DNA of 64,000 nucleotides from Candidatus Cloacimonadota bacterium. Its GTDB lineage: Bacteria; Cloacimonadota; Cloacimonadia; G963667145. Numbering within the stretch: the stretch's first letter is position 1; the number at the start of each line of letters is the position of its first letter. This document shows positions 20,106-30,763 of the stretch, one piece after another. The notes beneath the pieces are model-generated. The model did no database searches. It saw nothing but the letters and a program-made list of their open reading frames with translations, and was not told the DNA's origin. Made by a program: the position numbers and the translations under genes. The stretch lies in contig OY762940.1 of NCBI GenBank assembly GCA_963667255.1, forward strand, positions 256,001 to 320,000. The letters are read 5' to 3'.

Positions 20106-21290
20106 ATGTCTGTTTTAACTGAAAAAATCGCCGCTTTAGATAAACTAAATATCGATATGTTCGGCAAAGATTTCCTACTTACTTGGGAAAAATCCTTGGA
20201 TGATATTAAGGCTACTATGATTACCGCTGAAATCATCAAAGAGATGCACAAACAAGGCATCTCAACCAGAATTTTTGATAGCGGATTGGGAGTGTCCATC
20301 TTTAGAGACAACTCCACCCGAACTCGCTTTAGCTTCGCTTCCGCTTGCAACGCTCTCGGACTCACAGTGCAAGACCTTGACGAAAACAAATCGCAAATAG
20401 CACATGGAGAGACAGTAAGAGAAACCGCCAACATGGTTAGCTTTATGGCTGATGTTATCGGTATCCGTGATGACATGTATATCCACGAAGGCGACAGATA
20501 CCAAAGAGAAGTTTCCGAGGCTGTAAAATTCGGCAACAACGAAGGGATTTTGCACCAAAGACCAAATGTTATCTCTCTGCAATCTGACATCGACCACCCA
20601 ACACAATCTATGAGTGACTTGTGCAAAATCAAAGATTATTTCGGTTCATTGGAAAATCTGAAAGGCAAAAAACTTGTTATGTCTTGGGCTTACTCTCCGA
20701 GCTACGGCAAACCTCTGTCAGTTGCTCAAGGAATGATTGGACTTATGTCCAGATTTGGAATGAACATCACACTTGCTCATCCAGAGGGCTACGACCTTCT
20801 CCCCAATGTTTTGGATATTTGCAAGAAACAATCTGCCGAAACCGGCGGCTCATTTGAGGTTGTTCACAATATGGCTGACGCAATGAAAGGTGCTGATGTG
20901 GTTTGTCCTAAATCTTGGGCTTCTTTTAGCGTTATGGAACGCCGTCGCGACCTCCTTCACGCTGGAGATCAAGCAGGCTTGAAATCTCTTGAACAAGAGT
21001 GTTTGGCTGAAAACAAGAAGTTTGTTGATTGGGAATACGATGCAAAAATGGAAGCTCTTACCAATGATGCTCTCTATATGCACCCACTTCCTGCCGACAT
21101 CACTGGTCTTTCTTGCAAACAAGGCGAAGTTACCAAGGACATTTTCGACAAAAACCTTAAAGACACATATCATCAAGCCAGCTTCAAACCTGTTGTGATT
21201 GCTGCAATGATTTTGCTGTCCAAGAGCAAAAACCCTGTTGCCACTTTGAAAAAACTTGTGAACGCCAACAAAAACAGAATCGAATTGTAA
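20106..21290 (+). CDS. ygeW: Knotted carbamoyltransferase YgeW
   Basis: FRDNSTRTRFS, DHPTQ, WAYSPSYGKPLSV, PKSWA. Confidence 0.92.
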   Translation: MSVLTEKIAALDKLNIDMFGKDFLLTWEKSLDDIKATMITAEIIKEMHKQGISTRIFDSGLGVSIFRDNSTRTRFSFASACNALGLTVQDLDENKSQIAHGETVRETANMVSFMADVIGIRDDMYIHEGDRYQREVSEAVKFGNNEGILHQRPNVISLQSDIDHPTQSMSDLCKIKDYFGSLENLKGKKLVMSWAYSPSYGKPLSVAQGMIGLMSRFGMNITLAHPEGYDLLPNVLDICKKQSAETGGSFEVVHNMADAMKGADVVCPKSWASFSVMERRRDLLHAGDQAGLKSLEQECLAENKKFVDWEYDAKMEALTNDALYMHPLPADITGLSCKQGEVTKDIFDKNLKDTYHQASFKPVVIAAMILLSKSKNPVATLKKLVNANKNRIEL

Positions 21291-21328
21291 TCTATTTTCC
21301 ATATTGGAATAAATATTAAGGAGGAACA

Positions 21329-21880
21329 ATGAAGAAATTGATGTCAATGATTTTGGCTGTGGTTTGCTTGTTCATTTTCGCCTGTTCATCTGCTCCCAAA
21401 GAAGCGGAAAAACCTGAAGGATTTGAAAAGGTTTACCGCCCTGACTGGTTCGATGAGCAAAACAGTGACAAATTTTTATACTTTTTCGGCAATGCGGAAA
21501 AGCATAACGAGAATTTAGCTTATGACGCTGCTGTTGCCAATGCCCGATTGGAGTCTGCTAATTATGTAGAAGTCTATGTTAAAGGCATGGTGAAAAACTA
21601 TTTGGAAGAGGTCGGAACTGACGACCCAACCATCACTGCTCTCACCAGCAAAACAGTGAGAACCGTAGCCAATACAAAATTCAGCGGAACTTTTGTCAGC
21701 AAGAGAGAAATCATCGTCAATGAAGGAGTTTACAAAGCGTTTATCCGCTTGTCAGTTCCCAAAGATGTCATAGAAAAAACTCTTGCCGGAGAAATCAAAA
21801 AAGAAGAGGCTCTTTACAACGCATTTAAAGCATCACAGAGTTTCCAAGAGCTCGACAAACAAACAGAAAAAAGTGAATAA
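21329..21880 (+). CDS. Lipoprotein (LPP20-like)
   Basis: Lipobox IFAC; RPDWF; AYDAAVANAR helix. Confidence 0.6.
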   Translation: MKKLMSMILAVVCLFIFACSSAPKEAEKPEGFEKVYRPDWFDEQNSDKFLYFFGNAEKHNENLAYDAAVANARLESANYVEVYVKGMVKNYLEEVGTDDPTITALTSKTVRTVANTKFSGTFVSKREIIVNEGVYKAFIRLSVPKDVIEKTLAGEIKKEEALYNAFKASQSFQELDKQTEKSE

Positions 21881-21897
21881 CTTTTAATTTACTAATT

Positions 21898-21934
21898 ACT
21901 TCCTTCACCTTGTATAAAGATGGAGGAAGTTTTT
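21898..21934 (+). terminator. Intrinsic terminator
   Basis: ACTTCCTTCA.../...TGGAGGAAGT stem followed by a T-run. Confidence 0.65.
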
Positions 21935-21953
21935 GTTATTAATCCAAAAAATC

Positions 21954-23648
21954 ATGAATAAAACCAAAATATTTTTCGACAAACACAAAGTCACTCTGTT
22001 CTTCAGTTTAGTCTTATTTCTCGCAGGATTAAAATATTCTTATGGGCTCTCATCCTTGATAGACATAGGTTTATACGACGAAAGTGGATATCTCGGCTCG
22101 GGAGTGAATCTTTTGAAAAACGGCTTTCCCTCAGCAGATTGGGCACCACTATACTCATTATGGTATTTCTTCCTATCTTTCCTCACCTCGGACAATATAA
22201 ATTTATACTACTTCAACTACAATTTCCAAGTCATCTTCCTTCCACTTCTAACTTTTATCTTCCTGAGAACAAAAAAAGTTAATATTTATTTGAGTTTATT
22301 TTTCTCTTTCTTCCTCTTGATTTCCTATGCAAACTTAGTAATTTGGCCGAGAGTTTCAAATTTTGCTTTGCTTGTTCTTCTCTTTTTTTTCATTATAGCT
22401 TCCCTTGTTAAAAAAACAGAGAATAAACTTATAATATACACGCTGGGACTATTTCTAACAAGTTATGCAAGACCTGAATTTTTTCTCGCCTTTATCCTTT
22501 TGTTCGTGTATTCAGTATTTTTCATGGTAAAAAATAAGAAATTCAAACCTTTTATTTTTCTGACTGTTTTGACTTTCATAATTGGCATTTTCATTTACTG
22601 GGGAAATCCTTTCGGAGGAGGACGCAATTCTTTAGCTTTCAGATTGTCTTTTTCTATTAATTGGGTAGCTTGGACCAACAGCAATTATAGTTCATGGAAA
22701 GATTCCGAAATAATCATAAATCATGTTTTTGGTAATGCTAACAGCTTTCTTGAATGTTTTATTGCCAATCCCACAGCGGTTTTCAAACATATATCATACA
22801 ACTTTTGGAATTTATCAAAAATAGGTTTCGGGGAATTTTTTATCCACTCAAGTATTCTTCTGCCCGTAAAATCTTATCAAAACGAATCTATTTTTGCTCT
22901 TTCCAATTTCCAAAAACTATCAGTTGACCCCATGTTTATGATAGAAGGAATTATTTTCTTTTTAAGTATAATAGTTACTCTTTTTTTCTACTTTCGAGGT
23001 AAAAGCATAAGCCTATTTTGGGAAAATTTTAAACAAGAAAAACAAACTATTTTTGTTCTTGCACTTTCAATTATCCCTTCTCTAATCTCTTCAATATTAA
23101 TATTCCCTAGACCTCACTATCTGATTGTCACTTTCTTTTTTTTATTCATAATACTAACTCTAATTTTCGGGAAGAAAGATAAAAGTTTTACATTCAAAAC
23201 ATCCTACTATCTCATAGGATTTTTCATTGTTCTCTTGGTTCCAAACAAAACTGTTTTGCATGCTATCCCTACCAAATATAACGGCAACAATGTTACCACC
23301 ACAATCCGTGTAATGAGGAGGCTAAATTTAACTAACAAAATCAAAATTACGGCAGCGGAAGGAAGCTATTCAACATATTTGGGAGAAAATTTCATTGATG
23401 TTTGTCCATATAGCAAAAAAGAATACAATTTTAGTGATTTCTTAGAAAAAGAAAATCTTGATATTATAGTAGTTACCCCTCGACTAATCAATAGCAGAGT
23501 ATATTGTGATGACAAATCTTGGAAATCATTTATGAAGAATTATAAAAATTACGGATACACCAAAATCCCCATCTCAAATTTACAAAGATATTTGTTGGTT
23601 AAAACTGATTATTTGAAAAAAGGTGCCTTCAATAACGATTTAAAATAA
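21954..23648 (+). CDS. Polytopic membrane protein, probable GT-C (ArnT/PMT-like) glycosyltransferase
   Basis: Many TM segments; YDESGY after TM1, then WAPLYSL and ARPE; soluble C-terminal domain; very AT-rich. Confidence 0.55.
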   Translation: MNKTKIFFDKHKVTLFFSLVLFLAGLKYSYGLSSLIDIGLYDESGYLGSGVNLLKNGFPSADWAPLYSLWYFFLSFLTSDNINLYYFNYNFQVIFLPLLTFIFLRTKKVNIYLSLFFSFFLLISYANLVIWPRVSNFALLVLLFFFIIASLVKKTENKLIIYTLGLFLTSYARPEFFLAFILLFVYSVFFMVKNKKFKPFIFLTVLTFIIGIFIYWGNPFGGGRNSLAFRLSFSINWVAWTNSNYSSWKDSEIIINHVFGNANSFLECFIANPTAVFKHISYNFWNLSKIGFGEFFIHSSILLPVKSYQNESIFALSNFQKLSVDPMFMIEGIIFFLSIIVTLFFYFRGKSISLFWENFKQEKQTIFVLALSIIPSLISSILIFPRPHYLIVTFFFLFIILTLIFGKKDKSFTFKTSYYLIGFFIVLLVPNKTVLHAIPTKYNGNNVTTTIRVMRRLNLTNKIKITAAEGSYSTYLGENFIDVCPYSKKEYNFSDFLEKENLDIIVVTPRLINSRVYCDDKSWKSFMKNYKNYGYTKIPISNLQRYLLVKTDYLKKGAFNNDLK

Positions 23649-23695
23649 CTTAAACGAACTATTTCAAAACATTTTTAGCAGAGTTTTATAAACTT

Positions 23696-24433
23696 TTACC
23701 AATTTTTCTTAAAATCACCTCTTGAAAAATATTTTTCTATAAAACAATAGCATAGTATAAAAAAATATCTGCTTCCCATTTCCCTGATTTTAAGTTTTGA
23801 CTCTCCGTATTTCCTGTTTGTCCACGAATTTGGTAAAACAGTGTAAGAATATCCCCTGATAATAGCTTTAAGAGGTAATTCTATCGTAAGGTTAAAATGT
23901 GGTGCTATGAAAGGTTTGACACCTTCAATTGTTTGGCGATTATATAATTTAAAAGCATTTGTTGCGTCATTATATTTAATGTGCATGACCAGTTTAATAA
24001 TGAAATTTGCGATTCTATTAACTATTTTTTTTACAGGCGGGTAATCTATTGTTTTTCCACCTTTCATAAAACGGCTACCGAACACACAATCATAATCTCC
24101 TTCCACCATTTTTTTGTAAAACTTAACAAGATCGTCAGGGCCATCGGATAAATCTGCCATCATAACAGCCACACAATCTCCCGTAAAGCGTTCCAATCCG
24201 TAACGCACGGCATAGCCGAATCCGTTTGGACCTGCATTGGTTTCGTATCTAATTGAAGGATTCTTCTTGCTTAATTTTTCTAAAACAGCTACTGTATTAT
24301 CTTTAGAATTGTCATTAACAATAAATATCTCGTATTCGATATTGTTTTTCTCTAATGTGAATTCTATGACAGTAACGGTTTCTTCAATAGATTCTTCTTC
24401 GTTATATGCGGGAATTACTACGCTTAATTTCAT
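23696..24433 (-). CDS. GT2 glycosyltransferase, DPM1/GtrB-like (polyprenol-phosphate sugar synthase)
   Basis: LSVVIPAYNEE, VNDNSKD, MADLSD, VFGSRF, DATNAFK, RKYGESK; ATGA overlap with the upstream gene. Confidence 0.88.
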   Translation of the reverse strand: MKLSVVIPAYNEEESIEETVTVIEFTLEKNNIEYEIFIVNDNSKDNTVAVLEKLSKKNPSIRYETNAGPNGFGYAVRYGLERFTGDCVAVMMADLSDGPDDLVKFYKKMVEGDYDCVFGSRFMKGGKTIDYPPVKKIVNRIANFIIKLVMHIKYNDATNAFKLYNRQTIEGVKPFIAPHFNLTIELPLKAIIRGYSYTVLPNSWTNRKYGESKLKIREMGSRYFFILCYCFIEKYFSRGDFKKNW

Positions 24434-25083
24434 TTTTCTGCTATTAATAAAAACTGTTTCCCCATGATTCTCCATGTGAAAGGTAACTTTAAATAGAGCT
24501 CTATCATAAAACTTTTAATTGGTAATGAACCATGACTCCTAAAAGAAAGAGGTAAAAATTTAGAATGGACTTCTTTAATTTCAAAACCTGCTCCATATAA
24601 ATGTTCTGCTAAACTTAATTCTGTTAAGATAACATTATGGTCGGCAAAGTCAAAATATTGTTTTGAAGCATATTTAAAATTTGGACCCATAATGGCAATT
24701 CTTCCTCCTTTTTTTAATTTATCATACAATTTTGTTAATAAAACAGATACAGCCTCTTGAGAATCTAAATGTTCCAAAAAATTTGAGATAAAAACACCAT
24801 CAAAATAGTTGTCTTGTAATTCAACTTCAACATTGCTTCCGATTATTTTTTTTACATTTTTATCAGCATGTTTAGAAAGAAAATCTTCATTTAAATCTAT
24901 TGCCCAGCGTTCATCCGACTCAATGTTATTAATGAATTCACAAAACCCGGCAGCTGGATCTAACATAACTTTAGGGCAACCAAGTTTTTTATATATGAAT
25001 TTAGAAACATGTTTCCATACAATTTCTTTCTTATTCACATTAACATTTTGGAAACGATAGTTATATATTTTTTGATAATTCAT
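24430..25083 (-). CDS. Class I SAM-dependent methyltransferase
   Basis: LDPAAGFCEF, FDGVFISNFLEHL, LKKGG. Confidence 0.85.
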   Translation of the reverse strand: MNYQKIYNYRFQNVNVNKKEIVWKHVSKFIYKKLGCPKVMLDPAAGFCEFINNIESDERWAIDLNEDFLSKHADKNVKKIIGSNVEVELQDNYFDGVFISNFLEHLDSQEAVSVLLTKLYDKLKKGGRIAIMGPNFKYASKQYFDFADHNVILTELSLAEHLYGAGFEIKEVHSKFLPLSFRSHGSLPIKSFMIELYLKLPFTWRIMGKQFLLIAEK

Positions 25084-25084
25084 T

Positions 25085-26149
25085 TCACAGTGTTATTTTG
25101 AATTTATAATAGATTTGGGTTAAAATATCCATAATCCCATATTCATAATCCCATTCAGGATAATGTTTTTTAAATTTACTGACATCACTAATCCACCAAA
25201 TGTGATCCCCTATTCTATTATCTTCGGCATAAGTATAGTTCATTTTTTTGGAAGTAATTTCTTCACACAAAGCGATTGCTTCTTTCATGGAACAATTTGA
25301 AAAACGGCTACCTCCGGCATTATAGACTTCTCCTTGTCGCGGATTTTGGTGATAATTCCAAAACATATTTACCAAATCGTGGCTGTGAATATTGTCTCTG
25401 ACCTGTTTGCCTTTATACCCGAAAATTGTATATTCTGTTCCTGTTACGGCACACTTCATAAGATATGACAAGAAGCCGTGTAATTGTGTTCCTGAATGAC
25501 TCGGACCTGTTAAGCAACCTCCTCTAAACACACCGGTATTCATTTTAAAATATTTCCCGTATTCTTGCACCATAACATCGGCAGCCACTTTTGAAGCACC
25601 GAATACTGAATGTTTCGTGTGGTCAATGCTCATTTTTTCATCAATACCGTTTTTAAAATACGGATGCGATTCGTCTATTTCCCATCTGCTTTCCAATTCC
25701 ACCAACGGTAAATAATTCGGAGTATCTCCGTAAACTTTATTTGTTGAAGTAAAAATAAATGTTGCTTTAGAACAATATTTTCTTGTCATCTCCAGCATAT
25801 TTAAAGTGCCGTTAGCATTTACCGTAAAATCAGTTATAGGCTCTTTTGCAGCCCAATCGTGGCTGGGTTGTGCCGCAGTGTGGACAACCAATTGGATATC
25901 GGAACCGTAAAGATTAAATATTTTTTCAAGTTCATCAATATTTCTGATATCGGCAGTATGATATTCAAAATTTGTGATTTCTTTCGTCAACACCTTAGTA
26001 TTCCACTCTGTTGATGCGTTTTCACCGAAAAAATAAGCTCGCATATTATTATCTATACCTATTACTTTATCAAATTTTTCGGAAAAAAATCTAACTGACT
26101 CGCTACCAATAAGTCCTGCAGAGCCAGTAATCAAACATATTTTATTCAT
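25085..26149 (-). CDS. NAD-dependent epimerase/dehydratase (RfbE-like extended SDR) with FxxxK in place of YxxxK
   Basis: [30 protein letters not shown]. Confidence 0.88.
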   Translation of the reverse strand: MNKICLITGSAGLIGSESVRFFSEKFDKVIGIDNNMRAYFFGENASTEWNTKVLTKEITNFEYHTADIRNIDELEKIFNLYGSDIQLVVHTAAQPSHDWAAKEPITDFTVNANGTLNMLEMTRKYCSKATFIFTSTNKVYGDTPNYLPLVELESRWEIDESHPYFKNGIDEKMSIDHTKHSVFGASKVAADVMVQEYGKYFKMNTGVFRGGCLTGPSHSGTQLHGFLSYLMKCAVTGTEYTIFGYKGKQVRDNIHSHDLVNMFWNYHQNPRQGEVYNAGGSRFSNCSMKEAIALCEEITSKKMNYTYAEDNRIGDHIWWISDVSKFKKHYPEWDYEYGIMDILTQIYYKFKITL

Positions 26150-26175
26150 GATTCCCCTTTTTATAATTGAAATAA

Positions 26176-27237
26176 TTAATTTAACACTTTTTTAAGTTTT
26201 GCTTCATTTTTATTTATCCATTTGAAAATATCTTCAAATGTGTTTTTAACATCTTTTTTGGGGCTCCAGCCAATTTCATTTTCAATTTTTGAATTGTCTG
26301 TTATATAAATTCGCAAATCTGCTTTTCTGGTTTCCGCATCAGAATCTATTCTAATTCTATTTCCAGTTACTTCTTCACATATTTTTGTCATCTCCTGAAG
26401 TGAAGCACTGTTTTTGATTCCACCTCCAGCATTAAATATTTTCCCGTGAAATTTCTCGGTTTCATGAATTTGCAAATCTATTAATCTAACCAAGTCACCT
26501 ATATGTAAAATATCTCTTACTTGTTTCCCTTGTCCGCCGTAACCGATATATTTTTGCGATTGTTTCCAATAATGCTTTGCCATCCACAATGTAACAACAC
26601 CTTGGTCTGTTTTACCCATTTGGCGAGGACCGGCAATTACTCCGAACCTAGTTATTGCGGAAGACAAATTGTAAAATTCGGCATATTCTTGAATAAAAAG
26701 TTCCGATGCAAGTTTAGTTGTCCCGTAAAAAGAACGAGCACCTGCAAGACTTAAATTTTCCGAAATTCCCAATTTAGATATGCCTGCATTCTTTTGTTTA
26801 TCACTGAAAGAAAAACGAGTAGGCTCTTCAATAAAATTAGCATTTTCTATGGGATTTATAGGATATACTCTGCTTGTGGAGAGAAAAATAAGTTTCGCTT
26901 TGTATTTTAAACAAGTATTGAAGCAATTGATAGAACCGTTTAAATTGTTGTTTATGACATAACTTGGATTAGAATCCAATCCTGCCATTACGGAAGGTTC
27001 TGCCGAAGCCTCAATTAACACATCAAATTCTTTCAAAGCATCCAAGTCTTCTACATTTCTTATGTCTCCGTGAACAAACTCAATGCCATTTTCTCTCAAA
27101 TCCGTAAGATTTAGTTCCGAACCTCTTCTCCTTAAATTATCAAAAGCGGTTATTGAATATACAGGATATTTTTCTTTAAGTTGAAGACATAGAGAAGAGC
27201 CAACAAAACCTGCTCCTCCTGTTATTACTATTTTCAT
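26176..27237 (-). CDS. NAD-dependent epimerase/dehydratase (RfbE-like extended SDR)
   Basis: [26 protein letters not shown]. Confidence 0.88.
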   Translation of the reverse strand: MKIVITGGAGFVGSSLCLQLKEKYPVYSITAFDNLRRRGSELNLTDLRENGIEFVHGDIRNVEDLDALKEFDVLIEASAEPSVMAGLDSNPSYVINNNLNGSINCFNTCLKYKAKLIFLSTSRVYPINPIENANFIEEPTRFSFSDKQKNAGISKLGISENLSLAGARSFYGTTKLASELFIQEYAEFYNLSSAITRFGVIAGPRQMGKTDQGVVTLWMAKHYWKQSQKYIGYGGQGKQVRDILHIGDLVRLIDLQIHETEKFHGKIFNAGGGIKNSASLQEMTKICEEVTGNRIRIDSDAETRKADLRIYITDNSKIENEIGWSPKKDVKNTFEDIFKWINKNEAKLKKVLN

Positions 27238-27309
27238 GCTCTCACATCCAAAGTTATTTCACAATTACTAATTATCTCAATTCTATTTAAAATCAGTTAC
27301 AATTGAACT

Positions 27310-29106
27310 CTACTTCTTGTAATGCCTTCGTCTTTCGTGTTCCGTTAGATATTTCTTTCTAAGACGAATATTTTTGGGAGTGATTTCCACATATTCATCT
27401 TCTTTGATGTATTCCAAAGCTTTTTCCAAAGTAATTTGAATTGGCGGAATTAACATAATCGCATCGTCAGCACTGGAAGATCGCACATTGGTCAGCTTTT
27501 TCTCCCTTGTGGCATTCACGGTAAGGTCTTGCCCTTTGGTCGATTCGCCCAAAATCATTCCCTCGTAAATTTGGATATTGGCTGAAATGAACAAAGGTCC
27601 TCTCTCCTGCAATTTCCAAAGTGAATAAGCGGTGGCTTTGCCTGTCTCACCGGCGATAAGAGAACCTGCTTGTCGCTTCTTGATTTCGCCATAATACGGA
27701 GCCATTTTGCTGAAACTGCTAAATAAAGTCCCTTCGCCTTTGGTAACAACAACAAAAGTGGAACGAAAGCCCAAAAGCCCTCTGGAAGGAATTTCAAACT
27801 CCAAAGTTGTATGCCCATTTTCGCTACTCATATTCAGCAATTCGCCCTTTCGTTGGGACAAGAGATTGATAATCGCACCCGAATAAGTTTCCGGAAGATT
27901 TATCACCACATTTTCCACCGGCTCCCAAATTTTCCCCTCTTTTTCCTGCATAATCACTTCCGCCTGAGAAACTTGCAACTCGTAGCCCTCTCTTCGCATA
28001 TTTTCGATTAAAACCGCCAAGTGCATCTCTCCTCTACCCAAAACTTTTATTCTGTCGGAATTTTCCGAGACTTCCAATTTCAAACCAACATTCGTTTGAA
28101 TTTCTCTAAAAAGTCTCTCTTTGATGAGGTTTCCCGTTACAAATTTCCCCTCTTTTCCGGCAAAAGGCGAGTTGTTTACCATAAAGTTCATCGCCAAAGT
28201 TGGAGGATCGATTTCAGTAGCCTTAATGGCTGGTGTATCTTCAAATTGAGCAATGGTTTGCCCAACATAAATGTCGCTAATTCCCGCAATCGCCACAATG
28301 TCTCCGGCACTCACCGACTTTACCTCAACTCTATCAAGCCCTTGATGAGTGAAAAGTCTTTCGATTTTCCCCTTTTTCTTACCATTTGGAGTGTTTACCC
28401 AAACCTCATCTTTGGTATTGATAGTTCCCTCAAACACTCTACCGACAGCTATTCTGCCCAAAAAATTGTCATAATCCAAAGTGGAAGGTTGCATCCTAAA
28501 AGGAGCTTTTGTATCACACGGAGCATCGGGAGCATATTCCAAAATAAAATCCATCAGCGGAAAAATGTTTTCCTTTTTGTCGTCCAAATTCTTGATGGCG
28601 ATAGACTCTCTGGCGATAGCATAAATATAAGGAAAATCAAGCTGTTCGTCGCTAGCACCCAAAGTTACAAAGAGGTCAAAAAGTTTATTGATAACCCAAT
28701 CAGGTCTGGAAGTCGGCTTGTCGATTTTGTTGATAACCACCAAAATTTTCTTGCCTTGCTCAATCGATTTTTGCAAAACAAATTTCGTTTGTGGCATCGG
28801 TCCTTCTTGAGCATCCACCACCAAAACGGTAGCATCAATACTTTTTAAAACCCGTTCAACCTCACTACCAAAGTCCGCATGTCCGGGAGTGTCGATAATA
28901 TTTATCTTGTAATCTTTGTAATTAACCGCCGCATTTTTGGCATAAATGGTGATGCCTCTTTCTTTCTCTTGAGAATCGGAATCCATAACTCTATCCACCA
29001 ACTCTTCTCTTTCATCAAAAGTTCCTGTGGCTCTCAAAATAGAGTCCATCAAAGTCGTTTTCCCATGGTCAACATGAGCAATAATCGCAATATTTTTAAT
29101 TTTCAT
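27310..29106 (-). CDS. typA: Translational GTPase TypA/BipA
   Basis: AHVDHGKTT, DTPGHADFG, NKID, GRGEMHL, EYVEITPKNIRLRK; ATG 29106 overlaps the rarA stop (ATGA). Confidence 0.97.
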   Translation of the reverse strand: MKIKNIAIIAHVDHGKTTLMDSILRATGTFDEREELVDRVMDSDSQEKERGITIYAKNAAVNYKDYKINIIDTPGHADFGSEVERVLKSIDATVLVVDAQEGPMPQTKFVLQKSIEQGKKILVVINKIDKPTSRPDWVINKLFDLFVTLGASDEQLDFPYIYAIARESIAIKNLDDKKENIFPLMDFILEYAPDAPCDTKAPFRMQPSTLDYDNFLGRIAVGRVFEGTINTKDEVWVNTPNGKKKGKIERLFTHQGLDRVEVKSVSAGDIVAIAGISDIYVGQTIAQFEDTPAIKATEIDPPTLAMNFMVNNSPFAGKEGKFVTGNLIKERLFREIQTNVGLKLEVSENSDRIKVLGRGEMHLAVLIENMRREGYELQVSQAEVIMQEKEGKIWEPVENVVINLPETYSGAIINLLSQRKGELLNMSSENGHTTLEFEIPSRGLLGFRSTFVVVTKGEGTLFSSFSKMAPYYGEIKKRQAGSLIAGETGKATAYSLWKLQERGPLFISANIQIYEGMILGESTKGQDLTVNATREKKLTNVRSSSADDAIMLIPPIQITLEKALEYIKEDEYVEITPKNIRLRKKYLTEHERRRHYKK

Positions 29107-30362
29107 TTCTTTTCTTTTTCTTTCTTTTTTAGATTTTCCCACCAATCCAGTCTCTTTTTAATCTCGCTTTCAAAACCAAATTTTGAAGGAATATAATATT
29201 TTTTTTCTTTCATCTCATCAGGAAAATATCTCTGATAAGCATAAGCATTGGGGAAATCGTGAGCATACTTGTAGCCATCGTTATATCCCAAATCTTTCAT
29301 CAATTTTGTCGGTGCATTGCGAATATGAAAAGGCACTTTTTTTTCTTTAGTCGCATTCGCATCAGCCTCCGCCTGTAGCCAAGCAATTTCAATCTTGTTG
29401 CTTTTGGGAGCAGTCGCCAAATAAATCACCGCTTGAGCCAAACAAAGACTCGCCTCTGGCATTCCCACACAATCTAAAGCCCGCTGAGCACTCACCGCTT
29501 GCACCATAGCCTGTGGGTCAGCAAGCCCAATGTCCTCACTGGCAATCCTTATCATCCTCCGAGCGATAAACTTCGGGTCTTCTCCGCCTTGCAACATCCG
29601 AGCAAGCCAATACAAAGCCGCCTGCGGGTCGCTGCCTCTCACCGATTTGTGAAAAGCAGAAATCAAATTGTAATGCTCCTGCCCATTTTTGTCGTAAGTC
29701 GCTACTTTGGACTGCAAAATCTTTTTGGAGCTCTCAAGGTCAATCTTTTTAACAGTGCTGTTCAAAAGCAATTCCATATCTCGCAAAGCAACTCTAGCAT
29801 CGCCCTCACTAATTTTTGCAAGATACCGCAAAACCTCTTCTTCAATGTTTTTGCCATCTAAATCAACTTTGCAGGTAATCTCAAAAATTTCATTCTCGCT
29901 CAAACTTTCCAGCACAAAAAGATGGCATCTTGAAAGCAGAGCGGAAATCACTTCAAAAGATGGGTTTTCGGTAGTCGCCCCAATTAAAATTATCGCTCCA
30001 GACTCAATATATGGCAAAAAAGCGTCCTGTTGAGCTTTGTTAAAGCGGTGAATTTCGTCAATAAAAATAACCGTCGCTTGCCCGTTCAGCTCAAAAAGTT
30101 TCTCCGCTTCCAACATAAAAGCCTTAATCTGTGTGATGCTGGAATGCACGGCGGAAAATTGCCTCCAAGGAAGCTGGCAATTTTGCAAAACAATTTTGGC
30201 AATCGTGGTTTTTCCGCAACCGGGCGGTCCCCACATAATGAATGACGACAGATATTTGCCTGCCATAAAATCGCCAAGAACAGGGGAGTCTTGCAAAAGT
30301 TTTTTTTGCCCAACTATCTCGCCTGGCTTAGTCGGTCGTTGCTGCTCGGAAAGTGGTATCAT
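29103..30362 (-). CDS. rarA: Replication-associated recombination protein A (RarA/MgsA)
   Basis: WGPPGCGKTT, DEIHRFNKAQQD, ATTENPSF, ISAFHKSVRGSD, ASEDIGLAD. Confidence 0.96.
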   Translation of the reverse strand: MIPLSEQQRPTKPGEIVGQKKLLQDSPVLGDFMAGKYLSSFIMWGPPGCGKTTIAKIVLQNCQLPWRQFSAVHSSITQIKAFMLEAEKLFELNGQATVIFIDEIHRFNKAQQDAFLPYIESGAIILIGATTENPSFEVISALLSRCHLFVLESLSENEIFEITCKVDLDGKNIEEEVLRYLAKISEGDARVALRDMELLLNSTVKKIDLESSKKILQSKVATYDKNGQEHYNLISAFHKSVRGSDPQAALYWLARMLQGGEDPKFIARRMIRIASEDIGLADPQAMVQAVSAQRALDCVGMPEASLCLAQAVIYLATAPKSNKIEIAWLQAEADANATKEKKVPFHIRNAPTKLMKDLGYNDGYKYAHDFPNAYAYQRYFPDEMKEKKYYIPSKFGFESEIKKRLDWWENLKKKEKEKK

Positions 30363-30763
30363 TCAGGTTTGGCAACACTTATGTCGATATTGTCCAGATA
30401 ATCTATACCGCTCTGGGTTATCCTGCGACGGAAATAAGTCAACTCACTGGAGTCACACGGCAATCGCCAATCAAAATATTCCATACCGCTAAAATATTGG
30501 TAAAAAGGATTTTCGCTCCAACGATTGACCACCACCTCATCGGAAATATCGTAAACTCTCTTAAGAATAAGCAGAGAGGACAGCAATTTGATCGGCTTGG
30601 AGCCTCTGCCTAAATCGGAATAGTAAGGCTCGAACTCCTTGTCAATCGCCTCCCAGTCTATCTGCCGAGCAAGTTTGCACAAAGGATGGCTCTTATCAAG
30701 CATCTCAAATAAAAACGGTCTGAAAATGTCTATTTGCTTTGTATCAGGAGACTTATGACGCAT
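30359..30763 (-). CDS. IS5-family transposase N-terminal domain only (DUF772/InsH-N-like), no DDE domain
   Basis: HPLCKLARQIDW, LLILKRVYDISDE, WSENPFYQYFSG, SELTYFRRRI; intact 134-aa ORF with GAGGTG RBS and ATGA overlap onto rarA. Confidence 0.8.
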   Translation of the reverse strand: MRHKSPDTKQIDIFRPFLFEMLDKSHPLCKLARQIDWEAIDKEFEPYYSDLGRGSKPIKLLSSLLILKRVYDISDEVVVNRWSENPFYQYFSGMEYFDWRLPCDSSELTYFRRRITQSGIDYLDNIDISVAKPE

